Source: an uncultured Gemmatimonadales bacterium
GTDB lineage: Bacteria > Gemmatimonadota > Gemmatimonadetes > Gemmatimonadales > Gemmatimonadaceae
Direction of reading: 5' to 3'
NCBI GenBank assembly: GCA_963707505.1
Contig: CAVPQB010000004.1
Coordinates: 128,001-192,000 of the forward strand
Length of the DNA: 64,000 bases
Made by a program: the position numbers and the translations under genes. Below the pieces are notes generated by a model that did not search any database, was not told where the DNA came from, and saw only the letters and a program-made list of their open reading frames with translations. Shown here piece by piece: positions 1 through 9,967 of the stretch. Position 1 is the stretch's first letter; every line of letters starts with the position of its first letter.

Positions 1-77
1 CGAGCCGGATGAGGATTGGGGGTGGTGTTACGTCGACGATGTAACGTTCGAGCCTGCGCCACAAGCGCGGTGAATTT

Positions 78-1022
78 GTGACCGCGCAGCAGGTAGCGGT
101 GGCAGCAGAGGGGGACGCTGTCTGGCCCGAGCTGACGCTCGCATCGTGGCAGGATAGCTATGCGACGCTGCACATGCTTACACAGATCGTCGGCAAGACA
201 CGACTCGCGCTGGCGCCAATGCAGAATCACTGGTGGCAGGTGACGCTTTACGTAACGGAGCGCGGACTCACGACCACCTCCATGCCGTACGGCAGGCATA
301 CCGCTACGGTTGATTTTGATTTTATCTATCACAACGTCGCGATACGGACGAGCGCGGGCCAGACTCGCACGATTCCTCTAGTCCAGCGTCCCGTGCGGGA
401 ATTCTACATCGAATATCTCGATGTTCTTGCTTCGCTCGGTATTGGTGCGAAGATCAGAGGCGTTCCAGTCGAGGTCGAAACCGCGATTCCATTCGCGGAA
501 GATACGCAGCACGCGTCGTACGACGCGGAGTCCGTGAACCGATGGTGGCGTGTGATGGTTCAGGTGGACCGCGTGCTCAAGCAATTCCGTGGGCGTTTCG
601 AGGGAAAGGCGAGCCCCGTACACTTCTTCTGGGGCAGCTTCGACATCGCCGCGACCCGGTTTTCGGGACGTGGAGCACCGCCGCATCCCGGCGGTGCTCC
701 CAACTGTCCCGATTACGTCATGCAGGAGGCCTACTCGAGAGAGTGCAGCAGCGTCGGATTCTGGCCCGGCAGCGGTACCCAGGAAGCGGCGTTCTATTCG
801 TACGCGTACCCTGAGCCGGACGGTTACAGGGAATATCCTCCAAGACCGGGGAGTGCGTACTATGATGCGAACATGCGAGAGTTCATCCTGCCTTACGAGG
901 CGGTTCGCACTGCCCCATCCCCCGACGAAACGTTGCTCGAGTTTCTCGAGAGTACCTACGAAGCCGCAGCAAGTCGTGCGGCCTGGGATCGCGACTCACT
1001 GGAGCGGAAGGTCAGCCAATGA
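78..1022 (+). CDS. DUF5996-like conserved protein
   Basis: 314-aa ORF; motifs TLHMLTQIVGK, NHWWQVTLYV, SPVHFFWGSFD and AFYSYAYPEP resemble DUF5996. Confidence 0.8.
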   Translation: MTAQQVAVAAEGDAVWPELTLASWQDSYATLHMLTQIVGKTRLALAPMQNHWWQVTLYVTERGLTTTSMPYGRHTATVDFDFIYHNVAIRTSAGQTRTIPLVQRPVREFYIEYLDVLASLGIGAKIRGVPVEVETAIPFAEDTQHASYDAESVNRWWRVMVQVDRVLKQFRGRFEGKASPVHFFWGSFDIAATRFSGRGAPPHPGGAPNCPDYVMQEAYSRECSSVGFWPGSGTQEAAFYSYAYPEPDGYREYPPRPGSAYYDANMREFILPYEAVRTAPSPDETLLEFLESTYEAAASRAAWDRDSLERKVSQ

Positions 1023-1576
1023 AAGAAGCTATGCCTGGCTCGACGGGTAAGTCTCCGCAACCCGGTGCGAGTCACGACGGTGACGTCGCGCATGCGCAGG
1101 ACGCCGGGGACTTGAACGTCACCGTTCGCGAGCTGTCGCACGATGAGTCGATCGCGATACTCGCGAAGCACCATCTGGGCCGTGTGGGTATCACCTTTCA
1201 GGACCGGTTTCACCTCAAGATATGCAACTATCTGTATTCTGAAAACTGGATATACACGCGCGCGGAGCTTGGCAACGACCTGGTTATGGCGGAACATCAT
1301 CCGTGGGCGGCGTTTGAGGTGGACGAGGTCGAGGGCATCCTGGATTGGCGCTCCGTCGAGGTCTGGGGTGCGATCGAGTTTCTCTCGTCCGACATGCGGT
1401 CGCAGGACTGGTTCGAATTTGAGAATGCGGTTCGCCTCCTCAGGAACGCTGTTCCAGAGATACTCAGGGCGGACGATCCGACGCCGAAGCGCATTCATCT
1501 GGTCCGGATACACGTGGACAACGTCATGGGCCGCGAGTCGCGGGTCGGCAATCCAAGACCGCTACCCCAACCCTGA
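1019..1576 (+). CDS. Pyridoxamine 5'-phosphate oxidase-like flavin-binding protein
   Basis: ATGA overlap with upstream gene; LGRVG...FEVDEVEG..DWRSVEVWG pattern. Confidence 0.7.
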   Translation: MKEAMPGSTGKSPQPGASHDGDVAHAQDAGDLNVTVRELSHDESIAILAKHHLGRVGITFQDRFHLKICNYLYSENWIYTRAELGNDLVMAEHHPWAAFEVDEVEGILDWRSVEVWGAIEFLSSDMRSQDWFEFENAVRLLRNAVPEILRADDPTPKRIHLVRIHVDNVMGRESRVGNPRPLPQP

Positions 1577-1624
1577 ATGTCATGAAGTGCATCGCCGTCG
1601 TTGCACGTTCGTGAGACGCTAGCC

Positions 1625-3190
1625 ATGCACACCGACCTCTCGCTCCAAAGCCAGGCGCGATCGCACGTCCGCCATGACGCAAACACTGGCCGGTCGATCA
1701 TGGACCAGGCGATCTCGCGCGCAGCGGGTGCGCGGCGAATCGATGGCAACAGCGTTCGGCTTCTGCGCGATGCCGCCGAGAATTATCCGGCGTGGCTCGA
1801 TGCGATAGCATCCGCCGAGCGGTATGTGTATTTCGAGGCGTACATCATGCGAGATGACGTCTCGGGCCGACGGTTCGCCGATGCGCTCATCGAAAAGGCG
1901 CGTGCTGGTGTAACTGTGCGACTGCTGTACGACTGGATGGGTGCGTTCGCCAAGACTCCGTCGCGCTTCTGGGAATCGCTGCGAGCGGCTGGTATCGAAG
2001 TTCGCTGCTTCAATCCGTTCACTCTTGCAAGTCCGCTCGGCTGGGTCCATCGCGACCACAGGAAGAGCGTCGTCGTCGACGGTCGCATCGGATTCATCAC
2101 TGGTCTATGCGTTGGCGATGCGTGGGTGGGCAATCCGGAGCGCGGCCTTGCGCCGTGGCGAGACACCGGCGTGGAAGTGCGCGGTCCGGCGGTCGCCGAA
2201 ATCGAGCGTGCGTTCAGCCGCGTGTGGGCGGTAGTTGGTGCGCCGATCCCCACTGATGAGCTCACCGCTCGCGAGAGTATTGCGGTTGCTGGCGATACAT
2301 CGGTGCGCGTCGTCGCGAGCGAGCCATGGCGAGCCCGATTGCTGCGTCTCGACGAGCTGGTCGCCGGAGCGGCGCGCGAGACACTCTGGCTGACCGATGC
2401 CTACTATGCCGGAATGCCGACGCACGTGCAGGCGCTTCGCGCGGCCGCGAAGGATGGAGTCGATGTGCGATTGCTCGTTCCTGGTGGTACCGACATTCCA
2501 CTCCTGCGCCCACTCTCGCAGGCCGGTTACAGGCCGTTGCTCGAGGCGGGAGTGCGCGTGTTCGAGTGGAATGGTCCAATGATGCATGCCAAGACGTCGG
2601 TCGCCGATGGTCGCCTCGCTCGCGTAGGCTCGAGCAACCTCAACATTGCGAGCTGGCTCGGCAATTATGAGCTCGACGCAGTGATTGAAGACGCCGCATT
2701 CGCCGAGTGCATGGTGGAGTCGTATCTGGACGATCTTGCGCATGCGACCGAAGTAGTGCTGCACGGACGGCGCCGCAGACAGCTTTCACACGATGCGTTG
2801 CCGGGGCTTCCGCCCAAGCGCCACCGGCGGGAAAGGAGGAGAGGTGCGGGCAGCGCGGGCCGCGGCGTCGCCGGCGCGATTCGACTCAGCAACACTGTCA
2901 CCGCAGCGGTAACAGACAGGCGCGTGCTCGCATCAGCCGACTCGCGCGCGATCGCGGTTGCAGGTGCGGTACTGGTCGCACTCGCAATCGTCGCCGTACT
3001 CTGGCCACGCGTGTTCGCAATCCCGATCGCGGTATTGAGCCTCTGGTTCGGCGGCGCGATGCTGCTGCAGAGCTATCGGCTTCGCACCCACGGGTCGATC
3101 AGAACGGCCGCTGTGCCGGATGTAAACGGCGAACCGGTCACAGCGGGTAGTCCGGCGTCGGACGCTTCTCCGGCCATTGTCACGCCATAG
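1625..3190 (+). CDS. Phospholipase D family cardiolipin synthase (ClsB-like) with C-terminal membrane helices
   Basis: Two HKD motifs ([16 protein letters not shown]), WRDT and GSSNL; start uncertain (1625 or 1700). Confidence 0.85.
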   Translation: MHTDLSLQSQARSHVRHDANTGRSIMDQAISRAAGARRIDGNSVRLLRDAAENYPAWLDAIASAERYVYFEAYIMRDDVSGRRFADALIEKARAGVTVRLLYDWMGAFAKTPSRFWESLRAAGIEVRCFNPFTLASPLGWVHRDHRKSVVVDGRIGFITGLCVGDAWVGNPERGLAPWRDTGVEVRGPAVAEIERAFSRVWAVVGAPIPTDELTARESIAVAGDTSVRVVASEPWRARLLRLDELVAGAARETLWLTDAYYAGMPTHVQALRAAAKDGVDVRLLVPGGTDIPLLRPLSQAGYRPLLEAGVRVFEWNGPMMHAKTSVADGRLARVGSSNLNIASWLGNYELDAVIEDAAFAECMVESYLDDLAHATEVVLHGRRRRQLSHDALPGLPPKRHRRERRRGAGSAGRGVAGAIRLSNTVTAAVTDRRVLASADSRAIAVAGAVLVALAIVAVLWPRVFAIPIAVLSLWFGGAMLLQSYRLRTHGSIRTAAVPDVNGEPVTAGSPASDASPAIVTP

Positions 3191-4864
3191 TCATCGCAGC
3201 CCGTATACCAATATTCGACTTTGTTTCGCCGCACCGGGCCACACGGACGATTTCATCCCCGATGCGACGCCGACGAGCTGGCGTCCACCCGCGGAGTAGC
3301 TGACGATGCCTCCGCCGGTCGACTGACCCGTGTTGGTTTTCCAGAGAACGTGCCCGCTGTCCGCGCCGAACGCGTACAGCTCGCCCGACATGTCCGCTGC
3401 AAAAACGATCCCCCCGGCTGTTGGCGTCACACCGGCGAGCATGGGATGCGGCGCGTGGAATTTCCACCGTACCGTGCCACTGTCCGCATCGAATGAAGTG
3501 AGCCAGCCGCTCGCTTCACTCGCCGGCCCGAATGGATTTGTGTTTTCATTGCCAAGCCAGGTCGTACCCGCGGGCGGAATGGTAGTGGTATCGCGCTTGA
3601 GCTGCACGCTCGCGCACCAATCCACCGCGCCCACGTACAGCGAATTTGTATTCGGGCTGTAAGCCGCGCCGTTCCACTCCGATCCACCGGTGATGCCCGG
3701 GCAAAAGCGCGTCGTGTGATCACGCGAGAGCGGTGTGTCGACATTTTCTCTGGTCGTGGTCGGCATGATGTACAGCATCGGTAGCGCGGTGCCGAGGTCG
3801 CCGGTCACCGTCTTGCCGCGCGCGATCTGTGACCGGTCCAGCACTGCCAGCTGACCATCCTTGTTTGCCGACGCAACAATCTGCGTCCCGGCATGCGTCG
3901 TGACGAGCGTTGGCGGACTGTCCACATCCCAGTCGTGCATGTCGCGCTTCACGAGATGGTTGTAGCCGAGCATCTTACCGGTGGTGCCGTCGATCGCGAT
4001 TACCGCGTTGGTATAGAGATTGTCACCAGTGCGGAGCTCGGTCTCGAAATCCGGCGCCGGATTGCCAGCGGGTACGTAGAGCACCTTGCTGGCGGTGTCG
4101 AATGTGAACGACGTCCAGAATCCACCGCCGGTGACTGGAATGCGCGTATTGGTCCACGTCGCCCGTGCCGGTCCGGAATCAGGCACGACATCGAATTGCC
4201 AGACGACGTGTCCGTCGCGCGCATCGAGGGCGTAGACGTGTCCCGTCACACCCACCTGATCGCCTCCGGCATTGCCGACGAAGACCTTGCCGTCCGCGGC
4301 GATAGGTGCCATCGGTATCGACATGCCTGGCGCGGCCTCGCTGACGACATGATCCCACAGCACCTTGCCGTCCGTGGTGTCCATGGCCAGTACGTGCGAA
4401 TCCGAAGTCCCACGGAAGAGACGGCCATCCATGTACGCGAAGCCGCGGTTCACCAGCAGCGCGCTCGGCCGGGCGCTATGACGCGCCTGTTTCCACCGCT
4501 CCGCGCACGTGCTCGCGTTGATGGCGTAGGAGATCGTGTCGCTGGTGAAGTACATCGTTCCCCGAACGACGATCGGTCCGGTCTGAAGTGAAGTGACTTC
4601 GGGGAGATTGTAGGTGCATACCGTCTTCATCTCCGTGACGTTCTTGCGCGTGATCTCGGATAGGGGAGAGAACCGATCTCCGGCGAGCGTGCGATTGTAG
4701 CTGGGCCAATCCTCGGGGTTGATCATTGGCGCGCTCGGCGCAGCCGCGATCGACGGCGCGTGAGTGGTGTCGGGAGCCTTTTCGGTTTTCGAGCCGGAAC
4801 ACGCGGACATGGCGACAAGCGCCGCGGCTATGGCCACTGCGAGTACGGGAGCGCGGGCGGGCAT
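3191..4864 (-). CDS. PQQ-dependent alcohol dehydrogenase family lipoprotein
   Basis: Lipobox-like MSAC; DWPSYN..DRFSPL, VNRG, GNPAPD, HDWD, CPG..GG.EWNG and W-docking repeats. Confidence 0.88.
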   Translation of the reverse strand: MPARAPVLAVAIAAALVAMSACSGSKTEKAPDTTHAPSIAAAPSAPMINPEDWPSYNRTLAGDRFSPLSEITRKNVTEMKTVCTYNLPEVTSLQTGPIVVRGTMYFTSDTISYAINASTCAERWKQARHSARPSALLVNRGFAYMDGRLFRGTSDSHVLAMDTTDGKVLWDHVVSEAAPGMSIPMAPIAADGKVFVGNAGGDQVGVTGHVYALDARDGHVVWQFDVVPDSGPARATWTNTRIPVTGGGFWTSFTFDTASKVLYVPAGNPAPDFETELRTGDNLYTNAVIAIDGTTGKMLGYNHLVKRDMHDWDVDSPPTLVTTHAGTQIVASANKDGQLAVLDRSQIARGKTVTGDLGTALPMLYIMPTTTRENVDTPLSRDHTTRFCPGITGGSEWNGAAYSPNTNSLYVGAVDWCASVQLKRDTTTIPPAGTTWLGNENTNPFGPASEASGWLTSFDADSGTVRWKFHAPHPMLAGVTPTAGGIVFAADMSGELYAFGADSGHVLWKTNTGQSTGGGIVSYSAGGRQLVGVASGMKSSVWPGAAKQSRILVYGLR

Positions 4865-4932
4865 CGAACCTCCTCCGTTTGGGTGGTGCGTCGTGCATCC
4901 AACTGCATCTTGGATGCCGACCTGCGAGAGCC

Positions 4933-5982
4933 TCAGCCCGTCGTCCTCGCCTCCGCCGTACTGCGTTCACGCTCGAGGTCGGATTTCATGACCTTCTGGA
5001 GCTGGCTGCGGGCCCGTCCGCGAATGTTCAGGAAACCGCCAGGCAGAGCGTCGAACCGGTACCTGCGCACACTTACCAGATAGATGCCAGCTCCGCCATT
5101 CAACGCCGGTGCATCATAGATCGTCGAGAGCTCCAGCGCCGCTTCGAAGTAGTGATCCGCATAGATCTGTTTCCGCACGATCAACGGGTTGCCGGACGGC
5201 GGTGTGTAAACCAGCATCTGGTTGAGCGTGAAAGTCGCGCGGAGATGTGGAATCTTGTCGACTGACCAGTACATCACATCAAGGGCATTCTCCGGTCGAT
5301 CCGCGGGAAAGTTCACGAGATAGTTGCGAAGCGCCGGTTCGTATTGCTGGATGTAGGACGATTGCTCGAGCAGAGCGGCGAATGCGTCGCTTGCCTGAAC
5401 GCCATTGGTGTCGTCGTAACGCGGCATCGCCGCATTGCCACGAGCACGATATGCTGTGACAAGGTTCTCCACCTGAAGTCTCATCACAGAATCAGCCTGC
5501 TGTTCGGCGTTTGGTCCATCCCAGTTCACCGATTGCGCGAACTGCTTCATATCGGACTCCGACAGCTTGAAATCGCAGTCGCGCACGCGGCAACCCTTGA
5601 GATCCTTCCATTCCGACGGATCCAGCGCGACGTTCTGCAAGTCTGCCGGAGTGAGGGGATCGCTGATGATTCCGAATCGTTGTGACCGTGCTGCGATGAG
5701 CGACTGAACGTCACGCAGATGCGCGAGATACGCATCCCGGGTGGTGTGCAGTCCGATTATTCCGAACACCGTCACGTCGCGGCCGACGTCGGTGTGCAGC
5801 AGCTTCACCACCGCCGCGCCATTCTGCGCATCGGCGATCTGGCCTGCGTTGAGGCCAACGCTGGCTCGTAGATATTCACCCAAGGGTGGTGCCGCGCTCT
5901 GGGCGCGCGCCGTGCCGGCGATGCTTACGCACGCCAGCGTCGCGCAGGCCGCGATGATGTGTCTCTCCTTCAGGCTCTTCAT
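4933..5982 (-). CDS. Secreted hypothetical protein
   Basis: 349-aa ORF with signal peptide (ARA-Q), co-oriented with neighbours. Confidence 0.7.
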   Translation of the reverse strand: MKSLKERHIIAACATLACVSIAGTARAQSAAPPLGEYLRASVGLNAGQIADAQNGAAVVKLLHTDVGRDVTVFGIIGLHTTRDAYLAHLRDVQSLIAARSQRFGIISDPLTPADLQNVALDPSEWKDLKGCRVRDCDFKLSESDMKQFAQSVNWDGPNAEQQADSVMRLQVENLVTAYRARGNAAMPRYDDTNGVQASDAFAALLEQSSYIQQYEPALRNYLVNFPADRPENALDVMYWSVDKIPHLRATFTLNQMLVYTPPSGNPLIVRKQIYADHYFEAALELSTIYDAPALNGGAGIYLVSVRRYRFDALPGGFLNIRGRARSQLQKVMKSDLERERSTAEARTTG

Positions 5983-6012
5983 CGCGGCCGTTGCGAGGTG
6001 CTCAGCGGTCGC

Positions 6013-6561
6013 TCAGTGGTTACTTGAATCCCCGCTTCGCGCGGACTCGAAGAGGAACCAGGTGCGACGCTCCGTCTCGTCGATCCATACTTCGATGAGA
6101 CTCGCACTCGCCACATCATGATGCTCATCGCACACGTTGTGAACCTGCCGGAGGCTCGCGGTAAGGGCCTCGTTATCGTCGCGTAATTCCGCCAGCATGT
6201 CGGACGGCTCGACGTAGCTGGCATCATTGTCGCGAATCCGCTGCGTGCGCGCGATCTGGCCGATCGATCTCACCGTAATCTCGCCCAGCTTTCTCACACG
6301 CTCGGCGATCGGATCCGTCATCGCGAATATCTGGTCCGCCTGCTCGTCCAGCAGTAGATGATAATCGCGGAAGTGTGGGCCGCTCATGTGCCAGTGAAAA
6401 TTCTTTGTCTTGAGATACAGCGCGAAAACATCCGCAAGAACGCCGTTCAGCCCGGCGGCGATATCTCGCACCGCGGACGCACCGAGATCGGTGGGTGTGG
6501 CGAGCGGAGCCTGCCGCAAGCGCACGGTGTTGTTGGTTTTCTTTACGGTCGACGCTTTCAT
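6013..6561 (-). CDS. dps: Dps family DNA protection protein
   Basis: LYLKTKNFHWHMSGPHFRDYHLLLDEQ, DPIAER and ERRTWFL; start set at MKAST. Confidence 0.93.
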   Translation of the reverse strand: MKASTVKKTNNTVRLRQAPLATPTDLGASAVRDIAAGLNGVLADVFALYLKTKNFHWHMSGPHFRDYHLLLDEQADQIFAMTDPIAERVRKLGEITVRSIGQIARTQRIRDNDASYVEPSDMLAELRDDNEALTASLRQVHNVCDEHHDVASASLIEVWIDETERRTWFLFESARSGDSSNH

Positions 6562-6638
6562 TGCCGCTCCAGGATGGATTCTACTGGAACTTATCACCCG
6601 TGCATGGCTCACGGGATACGCCGTCTGCCAACCGTCTG

Positions 6639-8333
6639 TCAGCCATCCCATCCCGTCAGGAGCGACTGTTCCAGGTCCAGGTCCCGCTCCACCCTGTGAA
6701 GCACGCCGTCACTGATGTCGCCGTCGTCACGCATCTGAATCAACCGCTGGCGCTCGGCGTCCAGTGCCGCCAGGCGCAGCAGACGATATGAGCCAGCTCG
6801 ACGCCCATCCAGGTCAGCCTCCACGGCATCGTCGTCAGGGACGTCCGGATCACCATTGGGGTCCGGCGGCGGGATCGACCTGGTGCGTACCTCATTCGAG
6901 TAACGATGAACGCGGTGCGTGTATTCGTTTCGAAGAGCGTCTACCACGCCGCGCGCGTCGGCGTCGCCGAGCTCCGAAGACAAGCCAGTCTCGCTGGCGC
7001 CAATCTGGTCCAGCCGCGCGAGTGCTGCCTGCGCGATCTGCAATCGCGCATTTGTCTCCTCGAATGCATCGGCGCGATCCGGCTCGAGGCCGAGCTTCCA
7101 GATCAACGGCCGCAACGTCAGTCCCTGCCCGACGAGAGTTACGAGGATGACGACGAACGTTACGAAGATCACCACGTCGCGCCCCGGAAATGGTGCGCCT
7201 GATGAAGTGACGAACGGAACCGACAGTGCGAGCACCAGCGATACCGCGCCACGGAGTCCCGCCCATCCCACGAAGAAAACATTCCGCCATGGCGGGTACG
7301 GAGGCTGCCGGTCCATGAATCTGCGTCTCAGGTACCGTGGCGCGTATGCAGCCGGAAACACCCACGCAAGACGCAGCACTATCACGACGGCGCTCACCGC
7401 GGCCGCCGTGGCGATCAATCTGGATAGCGTCTCCTCTCCGCCGGCACGGACTGCACCAAGTGCCAGCGGAAGTCCGAGCCCGACGAAGATGAAGAGCAGA
7501 CCTTCGAGCAGAAAGTCGACGATCTCCCACATGTTGATGGCCTGAATCCGTGATGCCGCGGTCAACAGGCGCGCCGATGCGTGGCCCAGGTAGAGGCCTG
7601 CGACGACGACCGCGAGAACCCCGGATACTCCAGCACGGTCCGCGGCAAGGAATGCGACATATGGCGTGAGTAGCGATATGCTGCTCTCGAGCACCGGACT
7701 CCGCTCCGAGGTTCGCCCGATCCAGCGCCGTAGCGACGCGATGCACCATCCAGCGGCCAGACCGAAGATTATTCCGCCGCCTGCCGCCCACAGAAAGCTC
7801 AGCAACGCGGGCCCGAGCGAGAACGTGCCAGTGTTGCCCGCCGCGAGCGCCATCTCGAAGATCACCAGCGACGTCGCATCGTTGACGAGGCTCTCGCCTT
7901 CGAGAATCGAGACAAGCGTGCGAGGCACGCCGAACCGTCGCATCACCGCCGTTGCCGCGACCGCGTCGGTCGGCCCCACCGCTGCGCCCAGTGCGAACGC
8001 TGCTGGCCACGATAGCGACGCGAACATCACATGCGCAACGGCCGCGACGACCCCGGCGGTCGCCACCACCAGTCCAATCGCGAGGAGCATGATGTCCACG
8101 CCGTTTCGCCGAAACTCGCGATACGACGTGTTTATCGCCGCCCAGTACAGTAGCGGCGGCAGGAAGATGAAGAAGATGAGATCCGGGTCCACGCGGACGG
8201 TGGGGGCCGCGGGCACCAGGGCGAGCAGCGTGCCGGCGATGACGAGCAGGATGGGACGCGGCACTCCTATTCGCCGGGACAACATCTCCAGTCCCGCCGC
8301 GACGATCAGGAGGAAGATGACGGTCTCTACCAA
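6639..8333 (-). CDS. CPA1 family Na+/H+ antiporter
   Basis: FLPPLLY, PTDAVA, EGESLVNDA and GLRGAVSL motifs; many TM segments. Confidence 0.92.
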   Translation of the reverse strand: MVETVIFLLIVAAGLEMLSRRIGVPRPILLVIAGTLLALVPAAPTVRVDPDLIFFIFLPPLLYWAAINTSYREFRRNGVDIMLLAIGLVVATAGVVAAVAHVMFASLSWPAAFALGAAVGPTDAVAATAVMRRFGVPRTLVSILEGESLVNDATSLVIFEMALAAGNTGTFSLGPALLSFLWAAGGGIIFGLAAGWCIASLRRWIGRTSERSPVLESSISLLTPYVAFLAADRAGVSGVLAVVVAGLYLGHASARLLTAASRIQAINMWEIVDFLLEGLLFIFVGLGLPLALGAVRAGGEETLSRLIATAAAVSAVVIVLRLAWVFPAAYAPRYLRRRFMDRQPPYPPWRNVFFVGWAGLRGAVSLVLALSVPFVTSSGAPFPGRDVVIFVTFVVILVTLVGQGLTLRPLIWKLGLEPDRADAFEETNARLQIAQAALARLDQIGASETGLSSELGDADARGVVDALRNEYTHRVHRYSNEVRTRSIPPPDPNGDPDVPDDDAVEADLDGRRAGSYRLLRLAALDAERQRLIQMRDDGDISDGVLHRVERDLDLEQSLLTGWDG

Positions 8334-8403
8334 CGCTGCTCCGTGGCTCGGCGTATGCGCAGATCATACTGCTCCACTACAACAATGTACGGTATTCCAT
8401 TTA

Positions 8404-9345
8404 ATGACAGATATGCGCAGAATCGGATCGCTCACGGTCTCCGCTGTCGGACTGGGGTGCAATAATTTCGGGGGCCGGCTGGATGAGCAGGCAACTGGAC
8501 GGGTCGTGCACGCCGCGCTCGATGCCGGCATCAACTTCTTCGACACGGCCGATATCTACGGCGGCGGTGGAAAGAGTGAGGAGTTTCTGGGCCGCGCGCT
8601 CGGGAGCCGCCGCACCGAAGTCATCGTCGCGACCAAATTCGGCATGCGAATGGACGACGATCATCGCGGCGCGCGCCCCGAATACGTGCGCAGCGCCGCC
8701 GAGGACAGCCTCCGGCGACTCGGCACCGATTACATCGATCTGTATCAGCTTCACACTCCCGACTCCGACGTGCCGATCGCCGACACGCTGGGTGCAATGA
8801 ACGAGTTGGTGCAGGCCGGCAAGGTGCGCGAGATCGGATGCTCCAATTTTTCCGCTAACGAGATTCGTGACGCGGAGCAGAACTCACGGGATCGTGGCAT
8901 CGCACGCTTCGTGAGCGTGCAGAATGAATACAGTCTTCTGCATCGTGATCCGGAAGTGGAAGTGCTCGCCGAATGCGAGCGCGTACACGTCGCATTCGTA
9001 CCGTTCTTTCCTCTGGCCAGCGGGCTGCTGACAGGCAAGTACCACCTGGGTCAACCGGCGCCAGAAGGAAGCCGGCTGGCGAGCGGACCGCGCGCTGCGC
9101 AACTGACTGATGACAGGCTCGAGCTCGTCGAAGAGTTGCGCGCGTTTGCGCAATCACGCGGACATACACTTCTCGAGCTCGCGTTTTCATGGCTTCTTGC
9201 ACGTCCCGTAGTGGCTTCCGTAATCGCGGGCGCAACGAAGCCCGAACAGGTGACGTCGAACGTCGCTGCGGCGAGGTGGCAGTTGAGCAACGCTGATCTC
9301 GACGCGATCGACACAATCGTGCCGCCTCCCCGCTCAGATCACTGA
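8404..9345 (+). CDS. Aldo/keto reductase
   Basis: GLGCNNFG, FFDTADIYG, SLRRLGTDYIDLYQLH, GKVREIGCSN; start set at ATG 8404 inside the long ORF. Confidence 0.93.
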   Translation: MTDMRRIGSLTVSAVGLGCNNFGGRLDEQATGRVVHAALDAGINFFDTADIYGGGGKSEEFLGRALGSRRTEVIVATKFGMRMDDDHRGARPEYVRSAAEDSLRRLGTDYIDLYQLHTPDSDVPIADTLGAMNELVQAGKVREIGCSNFSANEIRDAEQNSRDRGIARFVSVQNEYSLLHRDPEVEVLAECERVHVAFVPFFPLASGLLTGKYHLGQPAPEGSRLASGPRAAQLTDDRLELVEELRAFAQSRGHTLLELAFSWLLARPVVASVIAGATKPEQVTSNVAAARWQLSNADLDAIDTIVPPPRSDH

Positions 9346-9809
9346 GCGATGCTCTGTGTTCGTGCGCGCCACGCGCGGATCGCGCTGGTGTGTACTGGAT
9401 AGTGGCCGTAGGTATCGAAGCGCAGACGGCGGCGGAATCGAGTTTCGCGCGTGAAGAGCTCTTCCGGTGCCGCGGCGACGTAATCGATGAGCCGGCCGTG
9501 CACTTCACCATGTTGCCGTAGCACTTCGGCGAGTGAAAGTCCGCTTCGTTGTTCCGTCATCATGGCGTTGAATGCGTCGATGCCACCGTACGTCACTGAG
9601 TAACGCGGCGATGCACCGCCGGACCGGATCACAGGCAGATACTTGAGCGCTTCCTCTTCCCACCAGGTCACGTGTGCGATGATGTCACGCACTGACCACT
9701 CGCCGGTGACGCGTGGAATCATCAGCTGGGATTCTGACAACCCGGCGTACGATTCCTCGAAATCCTTCCAGGCTGAATCCAGCCGCCCGAGCAGCTGCTG
9801 TCTCTTCAT
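9339..9809 (-). CDS. DinB/ClbS-DfsB-like four-helix bundle protein
   Basis: WSVRDIIAHVTWWE and GHYPVH motifs. Confidence 0.75.
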   Translation of the reverse strand: MKRQQLLGRLDSAWKDFEESYAGLSESQLMIPRVTGEWSVRDIIAHVTWWEEEALKYLPVIRSGGASPRYSVTYGGIDAFNAMMTEQRSGLSLAEVLRQHGEVHGRLIDYVAAAPEELFTRETRFRRRLRFDTYGHYPVHTSAIRAWRARTQSIAQ

Positions 9810-9837
9810 GATGCGCTTCCGTTATGATGATGGATAC

Positions 9838-9935
9838 CAGCCAGTTTCGGACAGCCGGGTGTCGGTCCTCACGGATCATACCACCTCGTTCAGCTCCCGA
9901 CCAGCGATCGCAAGTTATATGTCCGAAAATGGCTA
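9838..9935. promoter_or_regulatory. Inverted pair of 16-bp boxes, candidate Ada operator
   Basis: CAGCCAGTTTCGGACA (9838-9853) and TGTCCGAAAATGGCTA (9920-9935) match at 14/16 as reverse complements, between divergent genes. Confidence 0.45.
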
Positions 9936-9967
9936 GTCGTTCTGCCGAAATCGTGCTATGATATGGC

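Noticed and set aside
7666..8403. N-terminal extension of the 559-aa ORF
   Set aside because: Antisense shadow of the antiporter; aldo/keto reductase similarity begins at 8404
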